Origin: Thermoplasmatota archaeon
GTDB taxonomy: Archaea > Thermoplasmatota > E2 > JACPAO01 > JAHFTW01
Assembly: GCA_041581335.1 (NCBI GenBank)
Contig: JBFIDG010000001.1
Span: forward strand, 1-62,910
Reading direction: 5' to 3'
Length of the DNA: 62,910 nt
The number at the start of each line of letters is the position of its first letter. The stretch's first letter is position 1. Both the position numbers and the translations under genes were made by a program. This document shows positions 1-10,348 of this stretch, piece after piece. Under the pieces are notes generated by a model that searched no databases, was not told where the DNA came from, and was given only the letters and a program-made list of their open reading frames with translations.

Positions 1-36
1 CGTACCGGGGGCTCCCGGCATTTGGGGCTATCGCCG

Positions 37-1314
37 TCAGACCAGCGGCGTGATCACCAGGTCCGCGCCGGCGTGGTACACGTGCCCCTGCCAGTAGCGG
101 CTGTCCCAGTGGCTGCCGTCGGCGGGTTCGATGTCCAGCACGTCCGGGTTGCCGGGGTCGCTGAAGTCCACGAGGATCGTGCCGCCTTGGTACCAGCCCA
201 TCACGAACGCTTCCTGGCCGGCGACCAGGTCACCGAAGTGGCTGCCGCAGTTGCCCTCGGCGGGGCTTGGCGGGACGCCGTCGCCGTTCCAGCCGCTGTC
301 GTTCTGGATGTAGGCCAGTTGCACGGGGTTGCGTTCGTCACTGATGTCGTAGATCCACGCCGCAGCGGTGGGGATCTGGTCTTCGCTGCCGACCAACGGA
401 AGGCCTGCGTCGAAGCAGTTGTTGGCACCGACGGGGACGCCGGGCAGGAAGGGGCCCACGTATTCGTCGTTGATGATGAGGATGTCTCCGCCATCGTTGA
501 CGAAGGCCTGGTGGTGGTACTTGATGCGGGGGTCGTCGATGGCCGCGAGCCACACCGGTTCGAGGGGGTCGGTGAGGTCCCAGATGAACGATTCACCGCC
601 GGCGCCGTAGTAGCGCCCGCCGCCACCGGCACAGTAGCCGCGTTGCAGGTCCGCGCGCACGGTGATGTCATGACAGCCGTCGGATTCGACGATGGTGTTG
701 CCGACCATGGCCGGGATGACGAAGCTGTGCGTGACGGGGGCTGCGGGGTTGGTGATGTCGAGGATGTCGATCTTGCCGCTGCCTTGGCCGACGGCCCCTT
801 GGGCACCCGGGACGCCGCTGGCGCCGCTGCTGTAGATGTAGGGGGTGCCCTGCAACGCGGCAAGGTTGTGGACGCCGGCCGAAGGCATGTCGGTGGTGCC
901 GACGAGCTGGGGGTCGCGGGGGTCGGTGACGTCGATGAGGTGCAGGCCGCGGCCGCTGCCGGCGAGGGCTGCGTAGGTGCGGTTCTGCCATTCGAGGACA
1001 TCCACGTCACGGGCACCGATGCCGGTGATGTTGCCCAGCAGGACGATGTTCTGCGGGTCGGCGACGTCGGCCAGCACGAGGTCTTGGCCGTTGGTCCAGT
1101 ACAGGATGTCGTTGTGGATCCAGATGCCCTGGCCGCCGCCAGCCATCTCGAAGCCGAAGGTCTCGCCGAAGCCGGTGAGCGTGCCGTTGAAGGGCGTGTT
1201 GCCCACGGGGCCGGTCGGTGCCGGGTCTTGCCCTGCCGCGGGAGGCGTCTGTTCGTCGGTGCATCCAGCAAGCACGGTCAGGGACAACAGCCCGATGACC
1301 ATCATGGCACGCAT
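37..1314 (-). CDS. Secreted lipoprotein with LVIVD-type beta-propeller repeats
   Basis: 425-aa ORF. N-terminal signal peptide ends in a lipobox-like LTVLAGC. Recurring strands LVLADVADP, LHLIDVTDP, IDILDITNP, ILVDFSDP resemble LVIVD-repeat surface proteins. Confidence 0.7.
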   Translation of the reverse strand: MRAMMVIGLLSLTVLAGCTDEQTPPAAGQDPAPTGPVGNTPFNGTLTGFGETFGFEMAGGGQGIWIHNDILYWTNGQDLVLADVADPQNIVLLGNITGIGARDVDVLEWQNRTYAALAGSGRGLHLIDVTDPRDPQLVGTTDMPSAGVHNLAALQGTPYIYSSGASGVPGAQGAVGQGSGKIDILDITNPAAPVTHSFVIPAMVGNTIVESDGCHDITVRADLQRGYCAGGGGRYYGAGGESFIWDLTDPLEPVWLAAIDDPRIKYHHQAFVNDGGDILIINDEYVGPFLPGVPVGANNCFDAGLPLVGSEDQIPTAAAWIYDISDERNPVQLAYIQNDSGWNGDGVPPSPAEGNCGSHFGDLVAGQEAFVMGWYQGGTILVDFSDPGNPDVLDIEPADGSHWDSRYWQGHVYHAGADLVITPLV

Positions 1315-1458
1315 GGCCGCCAGTCCGGGACACGCGTCTTAGGCCTTGGGGTGGACGTGCCTGGCCCCCTTGGCACGCCCGTAGGCCTAGCGCGTCCGCC
1401 CCGCCACCCTCAACCATGTCCCTATGCGGCTTTTGGTCTCGGGCCCCTTTTTTTCATC

Positions 1459-3048
1459 ATGCCGAGACTGGACGCCCTGCACGGGGCCCAGACCGAGAGC
1501 GAAGACCTGGCCGCCGCCGACCGGGTCTTGACCGTGGAGGCCTTGGCCGTGTTGGAGGAGGTCCACCGACGCTTCGAAGCACGGCGCCAGGAAGTGCTGG
1601 CGCTGCGGCCCGCCCGGCGTCGACGGTTGGCGGCCGGAGGTGGCTGGCCAGCAGAGACCCAGGCCATCCGGGACGGCGACTGGAAGGTCGCACCGATCCC
1701 GGCCGCCCTCCAGGACCGTCGCGTCGAGATCACAGGACCCGTCGACCGCAAGATGATGATCAACGCCCTCAACTCCGGCGCCAAGGTCTTCATGGCCGAC
1801 TTCGAAGACAGCCACAGCCCCGTCTGGGCCAACACCTTGGCGGGCCAGGTCAACATCATGGACGCCGTGCGCGGCACGCTTTCGCTGACCACGCCGGACA
1901 AGGAATACCGCGTCGGCCCCGACCCGGCGTTGCTACTGGTGCGCGTCCGCGGCTGGCACCTGGACGAGGCGGGCCTGGCCATCGATGGCAAGCCGATCTC
2001 CGCAAGCCTGTTCGATGCGACGCTCACCGTGTTCCACAACGCCAAGGAGCAGCTGGCCCGCGGGGTCGGGCCCTACCTGTACCTGCCGAAGCTGGAAGGC
2101 CGCGAGGAGGCCAGGCTGTGGGCGGACGTCCTAGGCCACATCGAGAAGGCCGTCGGGATCCCGGCCGGATCCATCAAGGTCACCGTGCTCATCGAGACCC
2201 TCCCCGCGGCGTTCGAGATGGAAGAGATCCTGCACGAGCTGCGGGACCACATCGTGGCCCTCAACGCCGGGCGCTGGGACTACATCTTCAGCGCCATCAA
2301 GGTCTTCGCCGAGGACCCGACGCGGGTCCTGCCCGACCGCTCCCAGGTCACGATGCACGCCCCCTTCATGCGAGCGTATGCCCAACGCCTTGTCGAGGTC
2401 TGTCACCGCCGTGGCGCCTTGGCGATGGGGGGCATGAGCGCGTTCATCCCGAACCGCCGCCGATCTGACGTCACGGAGGCCGCACTGGCCGCGGTGCGCG
2501 CCGATAAGGAGCGGGAAGTGGCAGACGGCTGCGACGGCACATGGGTGGCGCACCCGGACCTTGTCCCGGTCGCCATGGAGATCTTCGATGCCGCCTTGGG
2601 TGAGGCCCGCAATCAGGTCGGACGCCAGACCACGCCCCAGGTGACGCCTGAACAGTTCGTCGACCTGCACATCCCGGATGGCCACGTGACCCGGGCCGGT
2701 ATCGACACCAACATCGAGGTGACGCTGCGCTACCTGGCGGCATGGTTGTCCGGCGTCGGTGCCGTGGCGATCCACGACCTGATGGAGGACGCGGCGACCG
2801 CAGAGATCAGCCGTTGCCAATTGTGGCAATGGCGCTACCACGGGGTCACGACGACGGAGGGCGAACGCGTCGATGCATCGATGCTGAAAGCAGGCATCCG
2901 GCGACACGCACGCGCCCTGCGCGCCGAGTCTCCGCAGGCCCCGGTGACGGCCGCAGCCAGGCTCCTCGAACGGGCGGTCCTGGCCTGGCCGATCCCGGAC
3001 TTCCTCATCCTTTCCGCTTACAAGACGCTACAGGAGTCTACGACATGA
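1459..3048 (+). CDS. aceB: Malate synthase A, copy 1
   Basis: Malate synthase A blocks are present: [76 protein letters not shown] 1459 was chosen because the upstream part of ORF 22..3048 is antisense to the LVIVD gene. Confidence 0.9.
   Translation: MPRLDALHGAQTESEDLAAADRVLTVEALAVLEEVHRRFEARRQEVLALRPARRRRLAAGGGWPAETQAIRDGDWKVAPIPAALQDRRVEITGPVDRKMMINALNSGAKVFMADFEDSHSPVWANTLAGQVNIMDAVRGTLSLTTPDKEYRVGPDPALLLVRVRGWHLDEAGLAIDGKPISASLFDATLTVFHNAKEQLARGVGPYLYLPKLEGREEARLWADVLGHIEKAVGIPAGSIKVTVLIETLPAAFEMEEILHELRDHIVALNAGRWDYIFSAIKVFAEDPTRVLPDRSQVTMHAPFMRAYAQRLVEVCHRRGALAMGGMSAFIPNRRRSDVTEAALAAVRADKEREVADGCDGTWVAHPDLVPVAMEIFDAALGEARNQVGRQTTPQVTPEQFVDLHIPDGHVTRAGIDTNIEVTLRYLAAWLSGVGAVAIHDLMEDAATAEISRCQLWQWRYHGVTTTEGERVDASMLKAGIRRHARALRAESPQAPVTAAARLLERAVLAWPIPDFLILSAYKTLQESTT
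1686..1813 (+). repeat. 128-nt tract identical to 4979..5106 (inside aceB copy 1)
   Basis: A direct read of both copies shows identity from GGTCGCACCGATCCC to GAAGACAGCC. The flanking sequence is only about 75-85% identical. Confidence 0.9.
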
Positions 3049-4568
3049 ACATCGAAGCCAAGATCCAAGCCGAAGCCGACGCCCTGCAACGTGAATGGTC
3101 CCGGGACCTTCGGTGGCAAGGGGTGCGACGAGACTACTCCGCCGAGGAGGTAGTGCGGCTGCGCGGGAGCATCCAGTTCGATCACCCCTTGGCCCGCCAC
3201 GGCGCAGAACGCCTGTGGAATCTCCTCAACGGCGGCGGTGGAGACAACTACATCAACGCCCTGGGGGCGGTGTCCGGCAACCAGGCGATGCAGATGGTCC
3301 GTGCTGGATTGAAGGCGATCTACCTATCCGGCTGGCAGGTCGCGGCGGACGGCAATCTCTCGGAGACGATGTATCCAGACCAGAGCCTGTACCCTGTGAA
3401 TTCGGTGCCCGCCATGGTGCGGCGTATCAACAACTGCTTGCGCCGCGCGGACCAGATCGAGTGGGCTGAGGGGGACGTGAGCCGGGATTGGTTCGTCCCG
3501 ATTGTAGCCGACGCGGAGGCCGGTTTCGGCGGCCCGCTCAACGCCTTCGAACTGATGAAGGACATGATCGAGGCAGGGGCCGCCGCGGTGCATTTCGAGG
3601 ACCAGCTGGCCTCGGAGAAGAAGTGCGGCCACCTGGGGGGCAAGGTCCTGGTCCCCACGAGCCATGCCATCCGGCAACTCAAAGCGGCCCGCCTGGCGGC
3701 AGACGTCAAAGGTGTTCCGACGGTCCTTGTCGCCCGCACGGATGCCCGCGCGGCGACGCTGCTCACGAGCGATGTCGACCCCATCGACCACGCACACATC
3801 ACCGGCGAACGCACGCCGGAAGGCTACCTGCGGATCAAGGCGGGCCTGGACCATGCCATCGCACGGGCCCTGGCGTACGCGCCATACGCCGATGTGCTGT
3901 GGTGCGAGACAGGGACGCCTGATCTGGCCGAGGCGAAGCAGTTCGCCGCCGCGATCCACGCCAAGTTCCCCGGCAAGCTCCTGGCATACAATTGCAGTCC
4001 GAGCTTCAACTGGAAGCAACATCACAGCGACGCCAGCATCGCCGCGTTCCAGGACGAGCTGGGTAAGATGGGGTACCGTTTCCAGTTCATCACCCTGGCC
4101 GGGTTCCACGCGATCAACCACGCCATGTTCCAATTGGCCCAGGGCTACAAGCGCGAACAGATGACCGCGTACGTGCGCTTGCAGGAGGCGGAGTTCGCGG
4201 CCGAGAGCCAGGGCTATACGGCGACCAAGCACCAGCGGGAGGTCGGCACCGGCTACTTCGATGAGGTGTATCGGGCGATCAGTGGCGGCACGAGCAGCAC
4301 GCTGGCGATGGAGGGAAGCACGGAGGCCGAGCAGTTCGCCGCTCCCGCGCTGAAGACCAACGGCCATGTCGCGACAGAGGTATCGAACGGGGCCCGGCCT
4401 GCGCGACCAGGCGCCACGAACGGCAAGAAGGTGGGCAATGGCCATGCCAAGAACGGCCGCAACGGCCACGGGACGGACGGTCATCCTCGCGCCCCGGGCG
4501 AAGACGCGCAGAACGGGGTCCAGCCCGTCGGGTCCGCCGGCGCCGCACAGAAGCGCGACGGCCATTGA
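3045..4568 (+). CDS. aceA: Isocitrate lyase, copy 1, with an Asn/Gly/His-rich C-terminal tail
   Basis: ICL blocks [24 protein letters not shown], catalytic [10 protein letters not shown] and VARTDA are present. Its ATG overlaps the aceB stop (ATGA at 3045-3048). About 70 extra C-terminal residues are absent from copy 2. Confidence 0.9.
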   Translation: MNIEAKIQAEADALQREWSRDLRWQGVRRDYSAEEVVRLRGSIQFDHPLARHGAERLWNLLNGGGGDNYINALGAVSGNQAMQMVRAGLKAIYLSGWQVAADGNLSETMYPDQSLYPVNSVPAMVRRINNCLRRADQIEWAEGDVSRDWFVPIVADAEAGFGGPLNAFELMKDMIEAGAAAVHFEDQLASEKKCGHLGGKVLVPTSHAIRQLKAARLAADVKGVPTVLVARTDARAATLLTSDVDPIDHAHITGERTPEGYLRIKAGLDHAIARALAYAPYADVLWCETGTPDLAEAKQFAAAIHAKFPGKLLAYNCSPSFNWKQHHSDASIAAFQDELGKMGYRFQFITLAGFHAINHAMFQLAQGYKREQMTAYVRLQEAEFAAESQGYTATKHQREVGTGYFDEVYRAISGGTSSTLAMEGSTEAEQFAAPALKTNGHVATEVSNGARPARPGATNGKKVGNGHAKNGRNGHGTDGHPRAPGEDAQNGVQPVGSAGAAQKRDGH

Positions 4569-4650
4569 CGCGGCCAGGACGGGCATATCCGTTTGTGCCA
4601 AGGAAGCGGCGCCAGGCCCGGCCCTGTCCAGGGGTCCGCCTCCTGTTGGC

Positions 4651-4713
4651 CACCCCTGCACTTCCGATGCAGCTCGAAAAGGTGAACATGTTCGTGTGCC
4701 ATTCGTAAATGTC
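4651..4713 (+). promoter_or_regulatory. Conserved intergenic module, copy A: ORB-like half-site plus GAACATGTTC palindrome element
   Basis: 4651 CACCCCTGCACTTCCGATGCAG; 4683 TGAACATGTTCGTGTGCCATTCGTAAATGTC. It lies 40-100 nt upstream of the aceB copy 2 start. Confidence 0.5.
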
Positions 4714-4715
4714 CG

Positions 4716-4731
4716 ATAGTTTCAAGATATG
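4716..4731 (+). promoter_or_regulatory. Possible TATA-like box for a leaderless aceB copy 2 transcript
   Basis: The A/T-rich string ATAGTTTCAAGATATG is centred about 25-30 nt before ATG 4752, in otherwise GC-rich DNA. Confidence 0.3.
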
Positions 4732-4751
4732 GTCTCCTGCTGTCGTCCTGA

Positions 4752-6347
4752 ATGGAGACCCTCGTGCCCCCCGGCCTCACGCTGGCCACCCCCATCTTGG
4801 ACGGCACCGACGTGCTGAGTCCCGAAGCCCTGGCCTTCGTCGCGGAGCTGTCACGCCGATTCGACGGACGCCGCCGTGGACTGCTCGACGCCAGGCAGGC
4901 ACGGCAGATCGCCTACGATGCCGGCGAGACGCCTGATTTCCTCGCGGACACCTCACACATCCGTGCCGACGACTGGACGGTCGCACCGATCCCGGCCGCC
5001 CTCCAGGACCGTCGCGTCGAGATCACAGGACCCGTCGACCGCAAGATGATGATCAACGCCCTCAACTCCGGCGCCAAGGTCTTCATGGCCGACTTCGAAG
5101 ACAGCCTCAGCCCGACCTGGGCCAACCTCGTGGCCGGCCACCAGAACGTCTACGACGCCACGCGTGGCCGCCTCACCTACGCCCATCCGACCAAGGGCAC
5201 CTACCGGGTCGAGGACGACCCCGCCCAGATGATCTTACGGCCACGCGGCTGGCACCTCGACGAAGCCCACGTGCACGTCGATGGCCACCCAGTCAGTGCG
5301 AGTCTCTTCGACTTCGGCATCTCGTTCTTCCACAACGCCGCCGCCTTGCACGACCAAGGACGCGGCCCCTTCTACTACCTCCCCAAGCTCGAACACCACG
5401 ACGAAGCAAGACTCTGGGACGACGTCTTCCGCCACGCCCAGGACGCCATCGGCCTACCCCCGGGGACCATCAAGGCCACCGTCCTCATCGAGACCCTCCC
5501 CGCCGCCTTCCAGATGGACGAGATCCTGTTCGCGCTCAAAGACCACATCGTCGGCCTGAACGCCGGCCGCTGGGACTACATCTTCAGTTGCATCAAGACC
5601 CTGCGCCGCCACCCCGACAAGACATTGCCCGACCGCGGCCAGGTCACCATGGGCGTGCCCCACATGCGCGCCTACACGCAGCTGCTGATCCAGACGTGCC
5701 ACCGTCGCGGCGCCTTCGCCATGGGTGGCATGAGCGCCTTCATCCCGGACCGGGCCGACCCCGTGCGCACCGAGAACGCCCTGGCCCAAGTCCGCGCGGA
5801 CAAGCAGCGGGAAGCCGCCGACGGCTGTGACGGCACATGGGTCGCCCACCCAGGCCTCGTGCAGGTGGCGATGGAGATCTTCGACGCCGCATTGGCCGGC
5901 GCACCCAACCAACTGCATCGCCCACCCACCACCATCAAGGTGACGGCGGCAGACCTCCTCGACTTCGCGGTCCCCGACGGCCGCACCACCCACGCAGGCG
6001 TCGCCCAGAACGTCGACGTCGGCCTGCGCTACCTCGTCGCGTGGCTCTCCGGCGACGGCGCCGCAGCCATCCACGGACTGATGGAGGATGCCGCCACCGC
6101 AGAGATCAGCCGCAGCCAGCTGTGGCAGTGGACCCAGCACAAGGTGCAGCTCGAAGACGGGCGGCCCGTCACCAAAGCCCTCGTCGCCGACCTGATCACC
6201 GCCACCGCTGCACGGCTGTCCCACGAGGCCCCCGAAGCGCCCGTCGAGACGGCAGCCCAGTTGCTCGCCGACGTCGCATTGGGCGACGCCTTCCCCCCGT
6301 TCCTGACCATCCCCGCCTACGCCACCCTCCAGGAGACCCCCGCATGA
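4752..6347 (+). CDS. aceB: Malate synthase A, copy 2
   Basis: 531-aa paralogue of 1459..3048 with the same conserved blocks. It shares a 128-nt identical tract with copy 1. Confidence 0.9.
   Translation: METLVPPGLTLATPILDGTDVLSPEALAFVAELSRRFDGRRRGLLDARQARQIAYDAGETPDFLADTSHIRADDWTVAPIPAALQDRRVEITGPVDRKMMINALNSGAKVFMADFEDSLSPTWANLVAGHQNVYDATRGRLTYAHPTKGTYRVEDDPAQMILRPRGWHLDEAHVHVDGHPVSASLFDFGISFFHNAAALHDQGRGPFYYLPKLEHHDEARLWDDVFRHAQDAIGLPPGTIKATVLIETLPAAFQMDEILFALKDHIVGLNAGRWDYIFSCIKTLRRHPDKTLPDRGQVTMGVPHMRAYTQLLIQTCHRRGAFAMGGMSAFIPDRADPVRTENALAQVRADKQREAADGCDGTWVAHPGLVQVAMEIFDAALAGAPNQLHRPPTTIKVTAADLLDFAVPDGRTTHAGVAQNVDVGLRYLVAWLSGDGAAAIHGLMEDAATAEISRSQLWQWTQHKVQLEDGRPVTKALVADLITATAARLSHEAPEAPVETAAQLLADVALGDAFPPFLTIPAYATLQETPA
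4979..5106 (+). repeat. 128-nt tract identical to 1686..1813 (inside aceB copy 2)
   Basis: Same observation. The antisense ORFs 1387..1815 and 4953..5186 in the track share an identical 42-aa string, which confirms it. Confidence 0.9.
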
Positions 6348-7672
6348 ACATCGAAGCCGATATCCAAGCCCAAGCCGACCGACTGCAGCAGGAATGGGAG
6401 ACCCACCCCCGGTGGGCGCACGTGCAACGCGACCACTCCGCCGAAGAGGTCGTGCGCCTGCGCGGCAGTCTGCAGTTCGACTACCCGGTGGCCCGCCACG
6501 GGGCCCAGCGACTCTGGTCGCTCCTGAACGAGGACGAATACATCAACGCCCTCGGCGCCCTCACGGGGAACCAGGCGATGCAGATGGTCCGCGCCGGATT
6601 GAAGGCGATCTACCTATCCGGCTGGCAGGTCGCCGCCGATGCCAACCTGGCCGAACAGATGTACCCCGACCAGAGCCTGTACCCCGTCAACTCCGTGCCG
6701 GCCGTCATCCGACGCATCAACAACACGTTGCGTCGTGCGGACCAGATCGAATGGTCCGAGGGCAACGTGACCCGCGATTGGTTCGTCCCGATCGTCGCCG
6801 ACGCCGAAGCCGGTTTCGGCGGCCCCCTCAACGCGTTCGAGCTGATGAAGAGCATGATCGAAGCGGGCGCGGCCGGCGTGCACTGGGAAGACCAACTCGC
6901 GTCGGAGAAGAAATGTGGTCACCTGGGCGGCAAGGTACTGGTGCCGACCAGCCACCATATCCGCACACTCAAGGCGGCCCGCCTGGCGGCCGATGTCATG
7001 GGTGTCCCGTCATTGATCGTCGCCCGCACCGATGCCCGCGCCGCGACGCTGCTGACCAGCGACGTCGACCCCATCGACCACGCCCACATCACGGGGGAGC
7101 GCACGGCTGAAGGCTACCTGCGCGTGACGCCGGGACTCGAACACGCCATCGCCCGCGGACTCGCTTACGCACCCTATGCCGACCTGATCTGGTGTGAGAC
7201 CAGCACGCCCGACATGGAGGAGGCCCGCGCCTTCGCGGCAGCCATCCACGCCAAGTTCCCGGGCAAGATGCTGGCCTACAACTGCAGCCCCAGCTTCAAC
7301 TGGCGCCAGCACCTGGACGACGACCAGATCGCCCGCTTCCAGACGGAGCTCGGCAAGATGGGCTACAAGTTCCAGTTCATCACGCTCGCCGGGTTCCATG
7401 CCCTGAACGAGTCCATGTTCACGTTGGCCAAGGCGTACGCGAAGGAAGGCATGACCGCCTACGTGCGCTTGCAGGAATCGGAGTTCGCGGCGGAGGCCGA
7501 TGGCTACACCGCCACCAAACACCAACGCGAGGTCGGCACGGGGTACTTCGACGAGGTCTACCGGGCCATCAGTGGTGGCACCAGCAGCACGCTTGCGATG
7601 GAAGGCAGCACCGAGGCCGAACAGTTCAGTACCCCGATCGCGAAGGTCCCGGACCCGAAGAAGACCGGTTGA
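6344..7672 (+). CDS. aceA: Isocitrate lyase, copy 2
   Basis: 442-aa paralogue of 3045..4568 with [22 protein letters not shown] and VARTDA. It has the same ATGA start/stop overlap with the upstream aceB. Confidence 0.9.
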   Translation: MNIEADIQAQADRLQQEWETHPRWAHVQRDHSAEEVVRLRGSLQFDYPVARHGAQRLWSLLNEDEYINALGALTGNQAMQMVRAGLKAIYLSGWQVAADANLAEQMYPDQSLYPVNSVPAVIRRINNTLRRADQIEWSEGNVTRDWFVPIVADAEAGFGGPLNAFELMKSMIEAGAAGVHWEDQLASEKKCGHLGGKVLVPTSHHIRTLKAARLAADVMGVPSLIVARTDARAATLLTSDVDPIDHAHITGERTAEGYLRVTPGLEHAIARGLAYAPYADLIWCETSTPDMEEARAFAAAIHAKFPGKMLAYNCSPSFNWRQHLDDDQIARFQTELGKMGYKFQFITLAGFHALNESMFTLAKAYAKEGMTAYVRLQESEFAAEADGYTATKHQREVGTGYFDEVYRAISGGTSSTLAMEGSTEAEQFSTPIAKVPDPKKTG

Positions 7673-7675
7673 GCG

Positions 7676-8452
7676 CTACGCGCCCCGGACCACGTCACGG
7701 ACGCCTGCCTGACACGTCGGGTAGAGCACCATCTCCTGGATGTTGACGTGGGCCGGGCGCGCACAGGACCATGTGATGGCGTCGGCCACGTCCTCAGGGC
7801 GCAGCACGTCGGCGTCGGCGTAGACCTTGGCCGCACGGGCGGTGTCGCCGCGGAAACGCACCTGGCTGAACTCGGTCTCCACGAGTCCCGGCTCGATGTT
7901 GGTGACGCGCACCCCGGTGCCCTGCAGATCGTAGCGGAGGCCTTCGGTGATGGCCGACACGGCGGCCTTGGTGGCGCAATAGACGCCGCCGCCGGGGTAG
8001 GTCCAACGGCCGGCGACGCTGCCAAGGTTCACGATGTGACCTCGGCGCTCGATGAGGGCCGGCAAGGCGACGCGGGTGACCGCCAAGAGGCCCGTCACAT
8101 TGGTGTCGATCATCTCCTGCCAGTCCTCCACGCGAGCGTCCTGCATGGGGTCCGTGCCGCGGGCGAGCCCGGCGTTGTTGACCAGGACATCGACATCGAA
8201 GAGCCGCTTGTGCTGCTTGGCCATGGCCCTGATCTGGGCGACGTCACGGACATCCATGACGACGGGATGTACTGTGGTGCCATGGCTGTCGGCGAGGCGG
8301 TGGGCCAGGTCGTCAAGGCGTGCCTCGCGACGGCCGACGATCGTGACGTGGCTGGCTCCTTGAGCGCAGAACGCTTCGGCCGTGGCGGCGCCGATGCCAG
8401 CGGTGGCTCCCGTGATCAGTACGCGGCGACCCTTGAACGGCAGGACGTCCAT
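7676..8452 (-). CDS. Short-chain dehydrogenase/reductase (NADP-dependent, YdfG-like)
   Basis: Contains the TGATAGIGAA dinucleotide-binding motif, NNAG, and catalytic Y-x3-K (YCATK). Length is 258 aa. Confidence 0.8.
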   Translation of the reverse strand: MDVLPFKGRRVLITGATAGIGAATAEAFCAQGASHVTIVGRREARLDDLAHRLADSHGTTVHPVVMDVRDVAQIRAMAKQHKRLFDVDVLVNNAGLARGTDPMQDARVEDWQEMIDTNVTGLLAVTRVALPALIERRGHIVNLGSVAGRWTYPGGGVYCATKAAVSAITEGLRYDLQGTGVRVTNIEPGLVETEFSQVRFRGDTARAAKVYADADVLRPEDVADAITWSCARPAHVNIQEMVLYPTCQAGVRDVVRGA

Positions 8453-8477
8453 GCGCGGCCAGCACAGCCTGCGTTCA

Positions 8478-10184
8478 TCACGGTGCCGGCTGGCGCGCGT
8501 CGCCCCCCACGCTGGCGACGGGAGGCGGCGTGGCCGGCAGCTCCACCCAGAAGCAGGCCCCTTTGCCGGCGCCTTCGCTCATCGCGCCGATGGTGCCGCC
8601 CAAGGCCTGCGTCAAGGTCTTGCAGATGTACAACCCCAGCCCCGTGCCGGGGATGCGTGGGTCGTCGTGGACCTGTCCGAACGGCAGGAACAGATGTTTG
8701 AGTCCATCCGGCCCTAACCCGACGCCGGTGTCACGGACTTCGATCCGCACCTTGGCCTCGGCTGGCGCCACGGCCACGGTCACAGCGCCTCCACGCGGCG
8801 TGAACTTGAGAGCGTTGCTGACCAGGTTGGTCATGACCTGGGCAAGCCTGTCAGGATCCGCCCAGGCGACGGCAGGCCCCTCCATGTCGAGCGCCAACGA
8901 GACCTCGGCGGCCTGCGCGGACGCGGCGAAGGTCTCGACGAGGTCCGTGAGCTCTGGCACAAGGTCGACCTCCCGGGCCGAGACGCGGACGTCCCCCCGC
9001 TGTAGTCGAGCCACGTCCAACATGTCCTGCACCAAGCCCCCTAGGCGGTCAAGGTTGCGCTCAAGGAGCCCGAGGGCCCGAGGACGCCCCTGCCATTCGT
9101 CTCGCAGCACGGCGAACTGCAACTTGATCGGGGTCAGGGGGGTGTTCAGCTCGTGGGCGGCAGAATTGATGAAGCGCGTGCGGAACTCGTCGAGCTCCTT
9201 CAGGCGGTCGATCTCCATCTGCTGCTCGTGGGCCAGTGTGCGGGCCCGCTCGGCTTCGAACTGGACCGTGATGTCACGGGCGGCCACGACGCGGGCCGGC
9301 ATGCCCCGATACTCGATGGGGCGTGCCTGCACCATGACGCGCCGCTTCTCATCCCCCTGCCCGAGCCATAGTTCGTAGCTCTCATCCCGGGGGTTCGCCA
9401 GGCGGTCTTCCACAAGCTCGGCCGACGACGGGTCAACGAGGGTCCGCAGGTCGCTGCCCAGGAGCTCTTCGCGGCCCTTGCCTAAGAGCGCCGCGAAGGC
9501 CTCGTTGAATTCGAGGATGACGCCGTCCCGGTGGATGCAGATGCCTTCGAACGCGGCCTCCGTGAGGGCCCTGATGCGTTCCGCCTCTGCCACCATCATC
9601 TCCTGGTGCCGGACCTCCTGGGCGAGGTCCATGCGTTCCCGCACGGCCGCCTGCCATCGGTAGCCAAGGAGCATGCCAAGGACCCCGGTGACGGAGATGT
9701 AGGTGGCGCGTGCGGCGATGGTGGGCAGGTTCTCGGGCAGCACGTCGCCGGCCGCGACCAGCATGCTCGTGTCGGCGGCCATGTAGATCCCGGCCGCCAG
9801 AGCCACCATGCTGGGGCCGAAGCGGAAGACCACCGCGACGAGAGACAGTGCCCACAACCCGTAGAACGGGGAGAGGATGCCTCCAGTGGCGTAGAGCCAG
9901 AGCGCGATGAGCACGGAATCCGTCGCCAGCGTGTAGGCGCTGGTGCGCAGGATGTGGAACCGCTCATAGGGCCGGACCGTGACCACGAAGACCGCGTAGA
10001 ACGACGCGGCGGCGCAGATGATGAGCGCCAGCCGATGCTGTGGGTGGTCGTGCGGCATGACGCCCAGGTACAGCGCGACGTTGAACGCGATGATGGCGAA
10101 GCGGACCCAGGCGATGTCACGCTCGGCGGTGTACGCCTGCACGGACGTCGCGTCCCCAAGTCGTTCGTCATCCTCGGCCACCAT
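8478..10184 (-). CDS. Membrane sensor histidine kinase (multi-TM input, PAS-like, HisKA, HATPase_c)
   Basis: Has about 6 N-terminal TM segments, the H-box FINSAAHELNTPLT, and ATPase boxes NLVSNALKF, DTGVGL, GTGLGLYI. Start is ATG 10184 (MVAEDD) or the upstream alternative at 10259. No response regulator is adjacent. Confidence 0.8.
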   Translation of the reverse strand: MVAEDDERLGDATSVQAYTAERDIAWVRFAIIAFNVALYLGVMPHDHPQHRLALIICAAASFYAVFVVTVRPYERFHILRTSAYTLATDSVLIALWLYATGGILSPFYGLWALSLVAVVFRFGPSMVALAAGIYMAADTSMLVAAGDVLPENLPTIAARATYISVTGVLGMLLGYRWQAAVRERMDLAQEVRHQEMMVAEAERIRALTEAAFEGICIHRDGVILEFNEAFAALLGKGREELLGSDLRTLVDPSSAELVEDRLANPRDESYELWLGQGDEKRRVMVQARPIEYRGMPARVVAARDITVQFEAERARTLAHEQQMEIDRLKELDEFRTRFINSAAHELNTPLTPIKLQFAVLRDEWQGRPRALGLLERNLDRLGGLVQDMLDVARLQRGDVRVSAREVDLVPELTDLVETFAASAQAAEVSLALDMEGPAVAWADPDRLAQVMTNLVSNALKFTPRGGAVTVAVAPAEAKVRIEVRDTGVGLGPDGLKHLFLPFGQVHDDPRIPGTGLGLYICKTLTQALGGTIGAMSEGAGKGACFWVELPATPPPVASVGGDARQPAP

Positions 10185-10348
10185 GACCAGACCCGTAGAG
10201 AGCCTCCGGTTCCTTAAGCAGATGCCTGCGGCCTGGGGCCGGCGACCCTGCGCATTCAACCCTCTGCGTCCGACGACCCATTTTCCGCCGGCCCGTCAAC
10301 CGCCGCGACCCAAACCCCCATGTGGCTGCCCGTTCTAGGAGGACCTGG

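Noticed and set aside
22-1458. The 5' two-fifths of the 1008-aa ORF 22..3048, upstream of the malate synthase start
   Set aside because: It is exactly antisense to the well-supported LVIVD lipoprotein gene, and its composition (Ala/Gly/Val/Asp runs) is typical of antisense frames in high-GC DNA. The malate synthase homology begins only at ATG 1459.
8478-10259. Histidine kinase considered as part of a novel signalling system
   Set aside because: Its domain content is ordinary (TM input, PAS, HisKA, HATPase). Orphan kinases without an adjacent response regulator are common, so this is annotated only.
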